Shown: positions 38,604 through 48,189 of the stretch, in pieces
Layout of the letters: each line of letters opens with the position of its first letter
Numbering within the stretch: position 1 is the stretch's first letter
NCBI GenBank assembly: GCA_965205215.1
Contig: OZ242041.1
Span: forward strand, 1,760,001-1,824,000
DNA length: 64,000 bases
DNA from: Nitrosopumilus sp.
GTDB taxonomy: Archaea > Thermoproteota > Nitrososphaeria > Nitrososphaerales > Nitrosopumilaceae
Reading direction: 5' to 3'
Notes under the pieces: model-generated
The model's database searches: none
The model's input: the letters and a program-made list of their open reading frames with translations, nothing else
What the model was told of the DNA's origin: nothing
Program-made: the position numbers and the translations under genes

Positions 38604-39547
38604 TGCGTCACCACGCCGTTGATTTTGCCGGGCCTGTATCCTTCGGGGTCAAGGGCGGCCCCGTCAAACCCGATCAGGACAAGGCGCTCCGTGATTGCCT
38701 GCATCAGCCGGCGCCCCCGAAGTCCCCGCGCGGGACCGGCGGCATCCGCGGCGCGGCCATCGGCAACGCCGCGGCGCGTATCTAGACGGCTGCCGCCGTC
38801 GGGGTTGCCTTGGTGCGTAGCGCCGCAGTTGCCGTCACGGACGTGATCGTCGCCGTCATCAAACACATAGAGCGCCTCAGGCTCCACCTCTATCCTCGCG
38901 GAGCCTCCCACGTCTCTCACTCTCACCTGCCGCGCTCCGGACATCTGGCGCACTATCCGCTCCCCGAGTTCGACGCGCGCAAGGCGCTCGGCAGTAATGC
39001 GCTCGCCCCAAGGTATTCTAGATGCAAGGCAGGAGTTTGACGGCCTGTCATGTACGGAGAGTCCCACATCCCTGGCGACTGCCCTCACGTCATCCTTGGT
39101 AAAGCCGGTCTCCACCAGCGGGCTCTGGACTAGGTTTTTTCTCATCGCCTCTATGCCGGGCCTATAATCGCCAAGATCATCAAGGTTCGTGCCGTCCACC
39201 ACGTCCCAGTGCCCCTCCATCTCCTCGGCAAGTTTCGCGATGCGCCCCCCAAGCTCCGACCTGCAGTAGTAGCACCTGAGGCTATCGTTCTTTACAAAGT
39301 CAGGGTTCTCAAGCTCGTCATATTGGAGCATCACGTGCCGGATCCCGATCTCGGAGCATACGGACTTTGCGGCACCAAGTTCCTCCTGTGACAGGGTACG
39401 GTAGTCCGCCGTGACTGCGACGGCCGAGTCCCCGAGACGGGAGAACGCCGCGTATGCCACGAGGGCGCTGTCCACCCCGCCGGAGAGCGCCACGAGGGCC
39501 CCCCGCCTGCCCTCAAACCACCGGGTGAGATCACAGAGTCGCTTCAC
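38600..39547 (-). CDS. larE: ATP-dependent sulfur transferase LarE (CxxC-C type)
   Basis: PP-loop SGGVDS, RCYYC, DGTNLDD..DYRPG, SNSCLASRIP. Confidence 0.93.
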   Translation of the reverse strand: MKRLCDLTRWFEGRRGALVALSGGVDSALVAYAAFSRLGDSAVAVTADYRTLSQEELGAAKSVCSEIGIRHVMLQYDELENPDFVKNDSLRCYYCRSELGGRIAKLAEEMEGHWDVVDGTNLDDLGDYRPGIEAMRKNLVQSPLVETGFTKDDVRAVARDVGLSVHDRPSNSCLASRIPWGERITAERLARVELGERIVRQMSGARQVRVRDVGGSARIEVEPEALYVFDDGDDHVRDGNCGATHQGNPDGGSRLDTRRGVADGRAADAAGPARGLRGRRLMQAITERLVLIGFDGAALDPEGYRPGKINGVVTH

Positions 39548-41007
39548 GCGGCACCGCCTCCTTCCCCCTTTGCTGCTCCTGCATTGGCGCGGCCGGCAGG
39601 GTTGCTGCCGGTGTCAGCAGCAGCATCATCATCTTCTTTGTCGTCGCCGTCGTCACCGCCGCGGCCATGGTCATCAAGCCGCCTCTCCGTTATACGGTGC
39701 CGCAGCAGCAGTTCGGCATCCCTGAACGGGACATGCAGCTCCTCGGAGACGGCCTGGATGTCATCATGCTCTATCTTGAATCCAGAGGTTTTGTCGTAGC
39801 GGCCGACAGTGTCCAGCGTGCCGGGCAAGCGCTCCTTGTACCTCACCTCGAACCGTTTTCCCGATAGGGTCACATCAATCTTCAGCTGCCGCCTCTGCGC
39901 CACGATTCTCTCCGAGGTCGATATCCGGACCCCCAGCGTGCCGGTCTCGGCCATCAGCAGCCCGGCGAGGCGTCCTGACGCCTCTTCAGGGCACATGACA
40001 GATATCAGGCTGGTCGGCCTGTTCTTTTTTGTCAGTCCAGGAAACAAGGATACGTCCTTTGCCCCGGCCGCCATGAGCCTGCCCACCACGCTTCCAAGAA
40101 CCTCGCCGGACACGTCATCGACGTTGGTCTCCAGCATGCATATGCGCTCGGTCCTGAGGCCGCCGTGCCCCAAGGCCTGGCCAGCGGAGGCGGCGGCAGC
40201 TGCAGAAGTTGCAGCAGACGCACGAGGCTCAGATCCGCGCACGAGCTTCAGCACGTTTGAGATCCCCTCAACGTCGGCCTGCCCGGCCCCATACCCGACT
40301 GATTCCACCCGCATGCAAGGATAAGAGGAGACCGGCTCGGGGGATAGTGCGGCAAGCATGCAGGCCCCAGTCGGGGTCGTAAGTTCGCGGCCGGCCTGCG
40401 AGCCCAGTATCTGCAGCCCGGACTCTTCGAATATCTCAAGTATGGCACCCGCAGGGTTCGACACCGTCCCGTGTGAGAACGAGACCAGTCCGTTTCCCAC
40501 GCATGCAGGAAGGCATACCATGCGCTGCCCGAAAAGCCCCAGATCGTCAAGCGCGACCGCGGTTCCGATTATGTCAACCAAGGTATCGACGTCAGACGCC
40601 TCGTGGAGTATTGCCGAATCCGGCGTGACGCCGTGCACCCTTGACTCGGACGTCATCAGGATCTCCACGCATCTGGACGCGTACGAGCGGGCCTCATCAG
40701 ACAGCCCAAGGCCTGCAGACGAGATTCTCACGGCATCCAGCATCTCCGAGCCTGCTCGTGTGGGATGCCGAGGTGCGCCGTCGTCGCAATGCACGTCTCG
40801 GGCCTCCAAGGACAGCCCTGTCGCCGAGGTGCCGTTTTTGGTGGTTGTCCTAAACTCCATCGAGTCTATGGCGCAGCCGTCCAGATGTGCGGCAGATTTT
40901 CTGACACCGTCTATGACGGCGTCGCCGTTGGCGCCCATATCGACAAGGGCGCACAGGAACATGTCACCTGAGATGCCGGCCACCTGCGGATCTATCACCA
41001 GAACCAT
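39544..41007 (-). CDS. larC: Nickel insertase LarC (fused C1/C2, no frameshift)
   Basis: AGISGDM, HE..DVDTLVDIIG, ELTTPTGA, GYGAG, LETNVDD.SGE, KKNRP, ETGTLGVR. Confidence 0.93.
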   Translation of the reverse strand: MVLVIDPQVAGISGDMFLCALVDMGANGDAVIDGVRKSAAHLDGCAIDSMEFRTTTKNGTSATGLSLEARDVHCDDGAPRHPTRAGSEMLDAVRISSAGLGLSDEARSYASRCVEILMTSESRVHGVTPDSAILHEASDVDTLVDIIGTAVALDDLGLFGQRMVCLPACVGNGLVSFSHGTVSNPAGAILEIFEESGLQILGSQAGRELTTPTGACMLAALSPEPVSSYPCMRVESVGYGAGQADVEGISNVLKLVRGSEPRASAATSAAAAASAGQALGHGGLRTERICMLETNVDDVSGEVLGSVVGRLMAAGAKDVSLFPGLTKKNRPTSLISVMCPEEASGRLAGLLMAETGTLGVRISTSERIVAQRRQLKIDVTLSGKRFEVRYKERLPGTLDTVGRYDKTSGFKIEHDDIQAVSEELHVPFRDAELLLRHRITERRLDDHGRGGDDGDDKEDDDAAADTGSNPAGRANAGAAKGEGGGAA

Positions 41008-41290
41008 GAGTCTTGACACGAAAAAATGCTTATAAATTCGACTAAACGCCCGCACGGGCGCCGAATTCACGCACGGTAGGCATTCTGCAAAAGCCCCCAC
41101 CAGCAAGCAGCCAGTGACGGGCTGGGCTGCCCGGCCGCATTGGCATGGCAGCGCCTGGGCCGGCCGGCTCTGCGCGTGCACACGACAGGAATCCAGCCAT
41201 TCCAATCGCGAGCCTGCCGACGGCCTGCGCGTGCGGGCGGGCGGGCGGGCCACTGATCTAGGTTTAATTATCGACCCCTGTCCATCCCAC

Positions 41291-42208
41291 ATGTTGATTA
41301 CGATCATAGGCTCCGGCAAGGTGGGTGGAGACGCCGCGCTCTTCTCTGCGCTAAAGCAGCTGGACGATCAGATACTGCTGCTCGACGTGGTCGAGGGGCT
41401 GCCGCAGGGCGAGGCCATGGACATCAACCACGCGCTGGCTGAACTCGGCACGGACGTGGAGGTGAGAGGCTCCAACGACTATGCCGACATGAGGGGGTCA
41501 GACATCGTGGTCGTAGTGGCAGGCTCCGGCAGAAAGCCCGGCATGACCAGGATGGACCTGCTGAAGATCAACTCATCCATAGTAAAGAGTGTGATTGGCG
41601 AGGTGAAAAGGCACGCGCCCGACTCGATGCTGATACCAGTGACAAACCCGCTTGATCCCATGGCGTACGTCGCATACAAGGTCTCGGGATTCGACAGGAG
41701 CCGCGTATTTGGAATGGGCGGAATGCTCGACATGTCAAGATTCAAGCAGTTCATACACGAGGCGACGGGACACTCCCGAGACTCGATAAGGGCCCTTGTC
41801 ATAGGCGAGCACGGGGAGAACATGCTGCCGCTGACTAGGTTCTCATCCGTATCAGGCGTGCCGCTGCACGACATACTGCAAAGGGAGGAGCTTGGCAAGC
41901 TGATAACCGACACGAGGCAGGTGGCCGCAAGAGTGATAGAGCTGAAGGGGGCCACCGTACACGCGCCCGGAAATGCAGTGTCGTCCATAATAGAGTCCGT
42001 CGTCAGGAACAAAAAGCAGGTGCTGCCCGTCTCGACGCCGCTTGAAGGCGAGTACGGCTACTCGGGCATCACAATGGGCGTGCCGGCCGTGATCGGCCGC
42101 GACGGGGTGGAAAGGATAATAGAACTCGACCTCAACGACGAGGAGAGGGCGGCCCTTGCAAAGTCGGCAGAGTCGGTAAAGAGCGCGATAGCCTCAATCG
42201 GGGCATGA
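41291..42208 (+). CDS. mdh: Malate dehydrogenase (LDH-like MDH)
   Basis: [18 protein letters not shown] (Arg specificity), VTNPLD, GEHGE. Confidence 0.93.
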   Translation: MLITIIGSGKVGGDAALFSALKQLDDQILLLDVVEGLPQGEAMDINHALAELGTDVEVRGSNDYADMRGSDIVVVVAGSGRKPGMTRMDLLKINSSIVKSVIGEVKRHAPDSMLIPVTNPLDPMAYVAYKVSGFDRSRVFGMGGMLDMSRFKQFIHEATGHSRDSIRALVIGEHGENMLPLTRFSSVSGVPLHDILQREELGKLITDTRQVAARVIELKGATVHAPGNAVSSIIESVVRNKKQVLPVSTPLEGEYGYSGITMGVPAVIGRDGVERIIELDLNDEERAALAKSAESVKSAIASIGA

Positions 42209-42363
42209 GCACGCCCGCCATTGTGACAAATTGGCACAAGCCCAAGCCCCTGGCCCGTGAAATCCGAAGGCGGAGGCCGGCAGACACGAATCTGCGGGGG
42301 CCCGGGCCCGTGCGGCGGGTATAGACTCAAGCTTTTTTTAGACGCACGCCGCGTTGTTTCGTG

Positions 42364-43269
42364 ATGAACGTCCAAGAGATACTACAGGCGCTAAAGTCCG
42401 GAGACGTCACGGCGCAGGAGGCAGAAAAGCTCCTCTCGATATACGCCATAGAGGAGGTAGAAGACTATGCAAGGATCGACACAAAACGGGCAATGCGCAG
42501 GGGTGGCATTCCAGAAATAATACTTGCCGAGTCCAAGCGCATCCACGAGACAAAGGAGATTGCAAAAAGGATGCTCGAAAAAGAGGGCGTGGCCGTGATA
42601 TCGCGCATAAGAGAGGAGGACCACGACAGCATCATATCGTACGCCAAGGGACTGGGGGCGTCAGTGTCAACCGGCAGGAACGCGTCGACGATACTGGCGC
42701 ACACCAGGCCCATAAGGCAGACGGGCGCCACGGTCGGGATACTTGCCGCAGGCACTTCCGACGTGGGCATAGCAGAAGAGGCTAGAATAGTCTGCGAGGC
42801 CATGGGCTGCAGGTGCGTCACCGGATACGACGTTGGCGTGGCCGGGCTGCAGCGCATATTCCCCATGCTAAAGGAGATGACGCGCGCCGGCGTGGGATGC
42901 GTCATAGTGGTGGCGGGGATGGAGGGCGCGCTTGCCACGCTGGTCTCCTCACTCATGGACGTGCCGGTCATAGGCGTGCCGACATCCGTGGGGTATGGGT
43001 ACGGCCAGGGGGGCGTGGCCGCCCTGGCATCGATGTTGCAGAGCTGCTCGCTTGGGATGGCAGTCGTGAACATAGACGGCGGGGCGGCGGCCGGAAGCAT
43101 TGCGTCGATGATCGCAAACAGGGGGCGCGGGACGGCGCCCCGCGAAGGCGGGAAAGACGAGGACGGCGATGCCACAAGCGGAGGGGACGGCAGCGGCAAT
43201 ACAGGCGGATCCGGCGGCACGCGCCGGCCTCGGCCAGACACGAAAAGGCGACATTCTAGAAAATCATAA
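42364..43269 (+). CDS. larB: NaAD carboxylase/hydrolase LarB (PurE-like)
   Basis: G.PEII.AESK, AAGTSD..IAEEA, DVGVAG, VAGMEGAL, VIGVPTSVGYG, VNIDGG. Confidence 0.94.
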   Translation: MNVQEILQALKSGDVTAQEAEKLLSIYAIEEVEDYARIDTKRAMRRGGIPEIILAESKRIHETKEIAKRMLEKEGVAVISRIREEDHDSIISYAKGLGASVSTGRNASTILAHTRPIRQTGATVGILAAGTSDVGIAEEARIVCEAMGCRCVTGYDVGVAGLQRIFPMLKEMTRAGVGCVIVVAGMEGALATLVSSLMDVPVIGVPTSVGYGYGQGGVAALASMLQSCSLGMAVVNIDGGAAAGSIASMIANRGRGTAPREGGKDEDGDATSGGDGSGNTGGSGGTRRPRPDTKRRHSRKS

Positions 43270-43294
43270 ATACACATAAGAGAAAGTCAGGTTT

Positions 43295-44875
43295 ATGAAT
43301 GGCAGGCGCATCGTGCTCACGGCCGACCGTAGCCTCATGACAAACTACAGGGGCAACTTTCTGTACGGGTTCATAGCGTGCGGGCCCTACGAGGTACTGC
43401 CCGAATGGGTCTTTGACAAGGTGTTCTGCCCGTCTGTCGAGACGGATCCGGTCACCGGCGAGGTAAAGGTCGCCCAGATCGGCCTCCGGAGGGTGGAGAG
43501 CGCCCTTCTGCAGGGCGGCTACAACAGGGAGGACATCTTCGTTGCGCACCCCGAGATGCTTGAAAAGTCCATAGGTCCCGACACAAAGGTGGTCGGAATC
43601 AATGTGATGGATCCGCTTGGGATGGCCCCGGTCACGACCACGATGTCCCCCGAAAAGCTCTCGTACGTGGCAATGAAGTTCAAAAAGATGTGCGCCAGCA
43701 TAATACAGTTAAAGAAAAAGTACGACTTCAAGGTGGTCGTTGGAGGCAACGGGGCGTGGGAGCTTGCAAAGAGCGACCGCATGAAGATCCATGGCATAGA
43801 CACGGTGGTGACCGGGGAGGCCGACGAGCTTGCGGTGGACCTGTTCCACGACCTTGAAAAGGGGGACGCGCCGGAACTCATGCACTGCTTTGTCAGGAAC
43901 ATACAGAACATCCCAGTCATCGAGTCGCCCACCATAAACTCGCTCATAGAGGCAATGCGGGGCTGCGGAAGGGGATGCGACTTTTGCGATGTCAACAAGA
44001 GATCCAAAAAGGACCTTCCGCTCGACAGGCTGCAGCGCGAGGCCAAGGTAAACCTGGACTATGGGTTTGACTCCATATGGCTGCACTCCGACGAGATGCT
44101 GCTGTACGGGTGCGACAACCGCGACATGCGCCCCAACAGCGACGCAATCACGGAACTGTGGAGCGGCCTGAAGGGGCTGGGGGCAAACTTTGTCGGCACG
44201 ACGCACATGACGTTCTCCGCGGTGGCGGCAGACCCCGACCTGATGCGCAAGATTGCCGAGATCAACAGGCAGCACGAGACGGGCAGGTGGCTTGCGACCA
44301 ACCTAGGCATCGAGACCGTGTCGCCGGCAATGGTCAAAAAACACCTAGGCGTCAAGACGCGCCCGTTCTCCACTGACGAGTGGGGCAGCGTGGTGAGGGA
44401 GGGCGCGCGCATACTCAACGAGAACCACTGGTTCCCGGCGGCCACCATAATCATAGGGTGGCCCGACGAGACGCCGGACGACATACAGTATACCATAGAC
44501 ATGATGAGCGACTTTAGGGAGATGGACTTTAGGGGACTGGTGGCCCCCCTGCTGTACCAAGACTTTAGCGAGAAGAACTCGATGCACTTTGGCAACCTCA
44601 ACGAGGCACAGTTCACGCTGTTCTGGAAGTGCTGGGAGAACAACCTGCGCGTGATCAACGACATCATACCAATAATACTCAGGAACAAGACGTACGGCCC
44701 CCCCATGAAGGTGTTCATGTACGGGATGCTAAAGGCGGGCACGTGGGCCATAATGAGGTACCTCAGGGGGCTCTGCAAGGACCTGTTCAACGGAAGAACC
44801 CCCGACGACATCATCTCAAAGTATGCAAGGAGCAGGTCCGTATCTATGCCACGGATACAGGCAAAGAAACTCTGA
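43295..44875 (+). CDS. Radical SAM protein with a B12-binding-like N-terminal domain
   Basis: CxxxCxxC (GCGRGCDFC), VVGGNGAW, GIET, IIGWPDET; 25 bp after larB. Confidence 0.88.
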   Translation: MNGRRIVLTADRSLMTNYRGNFLYGFIACGPYEVLPEWVFDKVFCPSVETDPVTGEVKVAQIGLRRVESALLQGGYNREDIFVAHPEMLEKSIGPDTKVVGINVMDPLGMAPVTTTMSPEKLSYVAMKFKKMCASIIQLKKKYDFKVVVGGNGAWELAKSDRMKIHGIDTVVTGEADELAVDLFHDLEKGDAPELMHCFVRNIQNIPVIESPTINSLIEAMRGCGRGCDFCDVNKRSKKDLPLDRLQREAKVNLDYGFDSIWLHSDEMLLYGCDNRDMRPNSDAITELWSGLKGLGANFVGTTHMTFSAVAADPDLMRKIAEINRQHETGRWLATNLGIETVSPAMVKKHLGVKTRPFSTDEWGSVVREGARILNENHWFPAATIIIGWPDETPDDIQYTIDMMSDFREMDFRGLVAPLLYQDFSEKNSMHFGNLNEAQFTLFWKCWENNLRVINDIIPIILRNKTYGPPMKVFMYGMLKAGTWAIMRYLRGLCKDLFNGRTPDDIISKYARSRSVSMPRIQAKKL

Positions 44876-45000
44876 CCGCCAGACGGACTAGCCCGGTTTT
44901 TGGCCTACCCGCACGACGCCAGATGGCGGCATGCGCAGAGGGCGCCGGGAAGGGCAACGCGGCATACGACGCGGCAGATAATGGCGGCGGCGACAGTAGT

Positions 45001-45021
45001 AACAACAACAACAACAACAAC
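45001..45021. repeat. (AAC)7 microsatellite
   Basis: Read directly; T-rich on the minus strand just after the 45041 stop, so it may also act as a terminator. Confidence 0.85.
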
Positions 45022-45040
45022 AAAAAATGCAGGAACAGTG

Positions 45041-45364
45041 TCAGATGTTCTTAAGCGCCTCGTCGGCCAGCGTATTGCGCTTTGGGGTCAGCACGACGAA
45101 GTAGAACTTGTCCGCGCGCTCTACGCGGTCCACCTTGGAGTACGACTTTGATGGCAGGTCAAACTCGTACAGCCCGGGCTCAAGCGTAGCCTGCGCATAT
45201 ACCACCAGAAAAGAGTCCCCGTGCGAGGCCCCAAGCGGAACAAACGACATCAGGTATCCGCGGTAGGAGCTTATCGGAAGCGTGTTCTTCATCGGGGAGA
45301 TTGCAGAGGTGATATACATGAAGAAATCCTCAATCGTCTCAAACTCCTCGTACTCGGTATGCAT
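45041..45364 (-). CDS. Hypothetical protein (~107 aa)
   Basis: MHTEYEEFETIEDFFMY...TPKRNTLADEALKNI; coding-like composition. Confidence 0.7.
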   Translation of the reverse strand: MHTEYEEFETIEDFFMYITSAISPMKNTLPISSYRGYLMSFVPLGASHGDSFLVVYAQATLEPGLYEFDLPSKSYSKVDRVERADKFYFVVLTPKRNTLADEALKNI

Positions 45365-45702
45365 GGGGTTCGTTGCACCCCTCAATATAATAAGGATGCT
45401 AGTGCGCCTGCGTTCCTGCTTTTGGCCCACGTCGCGCAGATGAATGATGTAATCTTAGTTACGGTGATCAAGTCACTCGTGATCCTTGCGAATTGTCTCA
45501 AAACCATGGAACCTTCCGGTGCTGCCTGCATATCCCGTCTTGACATTCCCAATACGTCCCCCTCACCAACGCGTGCCGGTCGGACATGGTCTCCTCGTGA
45601 TCCGGCCTTGTGCCGGCCTGCCGTCCCGCTGCATGTGCGCACCGCGGCCACGGGGTGACACGAACGCAAAGGCGCCGAACGCTACGCGTACGTCGGCGGG
45701 AT

Positions 45703-46608
45703 TCAGCGGCACACGCTTGTGGGCGCCGGCTCTGCCCATATGTTGAACGCTATGGGCATGTCGGCATCGGCCAGGTACTGTGGAACGTAGTCCGTGTACT
45801 CCGCGTTCACAAAACCGATTATCACCCCGATGTTCCTGTCGTCGTCTATTTGGTCTAGCGCCAGCACGTGCCTGTGCGGTATCTGAATCGTCCCGGCGCG
45901 CTCCGTCAGGGGGGAGTCCAGGATGGAGTGCGCATAGTACCCGTCGATATCGGGCCCTATTGGGCCGTCGGCGCTTATTACGGAAAAGAGGGGGTACGCG
46001 TCGTCCCCCAGCTGCAGGGACCTAAAGTCGTAGTCAAACACGTGGCGCCCCTCAAAGTCAGGATCCGGCACCAGGGCCTCCTTGAACGACTTGCCGTCGA
46101 TTCTAAAGTCGATGGCGATGTGAGTCACGGCTCCAAAGCCCCCCGGAGGCTCCGGGAGCACTGCTATGTTATCGGACTCTGATACGCGGACTGTGTTTGA
46201 CGGGCCGATGTTCTCGTCGCCCAGCACCCTCTGCATGACCGTAAAGTTGACTAGCGCGTCGCGCCCCTCGTCATCTTCCAGAAACACAATTATCGGCACG
46301 CTGTCATCCTGCAGTCCCTGGCATCGCGCCTCCCATCCTATGCAGTAGTAGTCACCGTATTCAGTCGAGACCGGGGTTGTAGTTCCCTCAAACGACGCGT
46401 CAAAGTAGAACATGCCGATGGTGCCGGTATCTGACGCGCCCAGCGTGAACGGGCTGCCCGCGGCCGTGTCCGGGATCTGGACTGTCAGGGTATCCGCGTA
46501 CGCATGGTGAGCGGCCGACGGCCAGGCCGGTGCGTATCCGGCAACTACCAGCAGTCCGACGGCGGTCACTGCGAACAGCGCCAAGGATGCGGCCGCCGTC
46601 ACTATCAT
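45703..46608 (-). CDS. Secreted hypothetical protein
   Basis: Signal peptide ending in AYA; acidic beta-rich body; TATA-like TTATAA at 46631-46636. Confidence 0.75.
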   Translation of the reverse strand: MIVTAAASLALFAVTAVGLLVVAGYAPAWPSAAHHAYADTLTVQIPDTAAGSPFTLGASDTGTIGMFYFDASFEGTTTPVSTEYGDYYCIGWEARCQGLQDDSVPIIVFLEDDEGRDALVNFTVMQRVLGDENIGPSNTVRVSESDNIAVLPEPPGGFGAVTHIAIDFRIDGKSFKEALVPDPDFEGRHVFDYDFRSLQLGDDAYPLFSVISADGPIGPDIDGYYAHSILDSPLTERAGTIQIPHRHVLALDQIDDDRNIGVIIGFVNAEYTDYVPQYLADADMPIAFNIWAEPAPTSVCR

Positions 46609-46659
46609 GACGAATACTGGTACAAACAGCTTATAACTTGTTTGTACACGCTGAGCCCG

Positions 46660-47739
46660 TCAGAAGGCCATTCTGGACTTTATGTATCTGCGGGTCCCGA
46701 CGACAACCAGCGCCGGTGCGGCAATATACATCGCTAGGTTGAGCGCTATGACGGAGATTCCCAGTCCGAGAACCTGCTCCTCGGAGCCCGGATCTGCAAG
46801 GGACATTATGGACAGAGTCGAGATCAACGGCGTGATTGCCGCGCGCACCACTTCCCTGAACGCCGGGTTCTCCCGTTCAAGGTCGGCCACGGCGGGCGAG
46901 AACGCATAGTACATCTGGTTGAATCCTGTCATGAACGACGAACCGGACGCGGTGTTCAGCAGCGTGTTGTCGCGTATCTCCCTGAGCATCTGTACCTGCG
47001 GCGCAAGCTCCGTGCCGTATGCTGCAGTCGCAATCAGACATCCGTTACGATTATCGTCAGGCTCGGGCTCAGGCTGCTCCACTTGGCACACGCCGTTAAC
47101 CAGAACGGTTCCGGGGCCGCATACGGGCTCTTCTGGCTCAGGTGGGGGAGGTGGGGGAGGAGGTGGGGGTGGGGGAGGTGGGGGAGGTGGGGGAGGAGGT
47201 GGGGTCACAGATGGGGGCGGATCAACTGCCGGAGGCTCCTCTGCCGGAGGCTCCTCTGCCGGAGGCTCGGTCACAGGATCGCTGAAGAGAGGCGTGTTTG
47301 CGCCAGTAAATTCGAATGACGCCACGTCCCTGTTGTTGCCGCCATAATATGCCACGATATAGTAATCGCCGTTGAACTTCCACAATGGCCCGCCGGCCTT
47401 GAATGAAAAGGAAAATGAACCGTCTTCTGACGGCATCACCTGTCCGAACCACAGTAGCTGGGCCTTGACGGGATCGGCGCTGTCATCAAGGTACATGACC
47501 CTGGCGGTCACAGGATGCTTCAGGGACTGATCTGCATAGTTTGGAATCGTCCCCTGCGCCACGATTTGCTGGCCGTTCGCATACAGGGTCTCGGTAGTGA
47601 CAAGGTCATACTCGGCTGTCGGAAGAACCATGTCGCTGGGATCGTTTGACTGTGCGTGTGATACAGGTACCATTCCATAAGACAATACCGTTACACTAAG
47701 TAGCAAAAAAGCCAGAAGGCCTGCGACTCTCATATTCAT
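46660..47739 (-). CDS. CFI-box-CTERM surface protein with polyproline stalk
   Basis: Signal peptide, Ig-like domain, EPPAE repeats, ~20 consecutive Pro, CGPGTVLVNGVC, GCLIATAAYGTELAPQVQ.LRE.RD, C-terminal TM. Confidence 0.9.
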   Translation of the reverse strand: MNMRVAGLLAFLLLSVTVLSYGMVPVSHAQSNDPSDMVLPTAEYDLVTTETLYANGQQIVAQGTIPNYADQSLKHPVTARVMYLDDSADPVKAQLLWFGQVMPSEDGSFSFSFKAGGPLWKFNGDYYIVAYYGGNNRDVASFEFTGANTPLFSDPVTEPPAEEPPAEEPPAVDPPPSVTPPPPPPPPPPPPPPPPPPPPPEPEEPVCGPGTVLVNGVCQVEQPEPEPDDNRNGCLIATAAYGTELAPQVQMLREIRDNTLLNTASGSSFMTGFNQMYYAFSPAVADLERENPAFREVVRAAITPLISTLSIMSLADPGSEEQVLGLGISVIALNLAMYIAAPALVVVGTRRYIKSRMAF

Positions 47740-48189
47740 CTAGTGGATATCAATCCTGTATTTATGTATTCTAGAGAAAGGCTCCGCTTGCATCAGGAGA
47801 CCGTGTGAGGAAGCCGAACAGCGCGACCAATGTAATGGGCGCGGCTCATCCAACGCCCCCACACCCCCGTCATTATGCCGTCCCATAAACTGGGAACTGT
47901 TGAAAATCAGTTCATTCAGGACAGTGGTACAGACACCGGAACGAGTAGGTGCGGGCTGGCCAGCCTGTACCAGCTTGTGCTCACGCGCCCGTACCCGGAC
48001 TGGTACTGGTTGGCTCTCCCTCCTCCCCCCCCCCCACCGCAAGCATGTTGGCAAGGCTCCAATACACGTGCGTGTCACCCCGTACATACAGCACACCACG
48101 TTGTAGAACCCACGAGTGCTCGGATGTCCGGGCAGATCATAGTGTCCAGACGAACGGCGACAATACAGCTTTGAGGGCGCAGGGCATAC

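Noticed and set aside
47740-48189. Possible gene or ncRNA in the 450-bp spacer
   Set aside because: No credible ORF, repeat or stable structure recognised beyond a C run and the CFI-box gene promoter.
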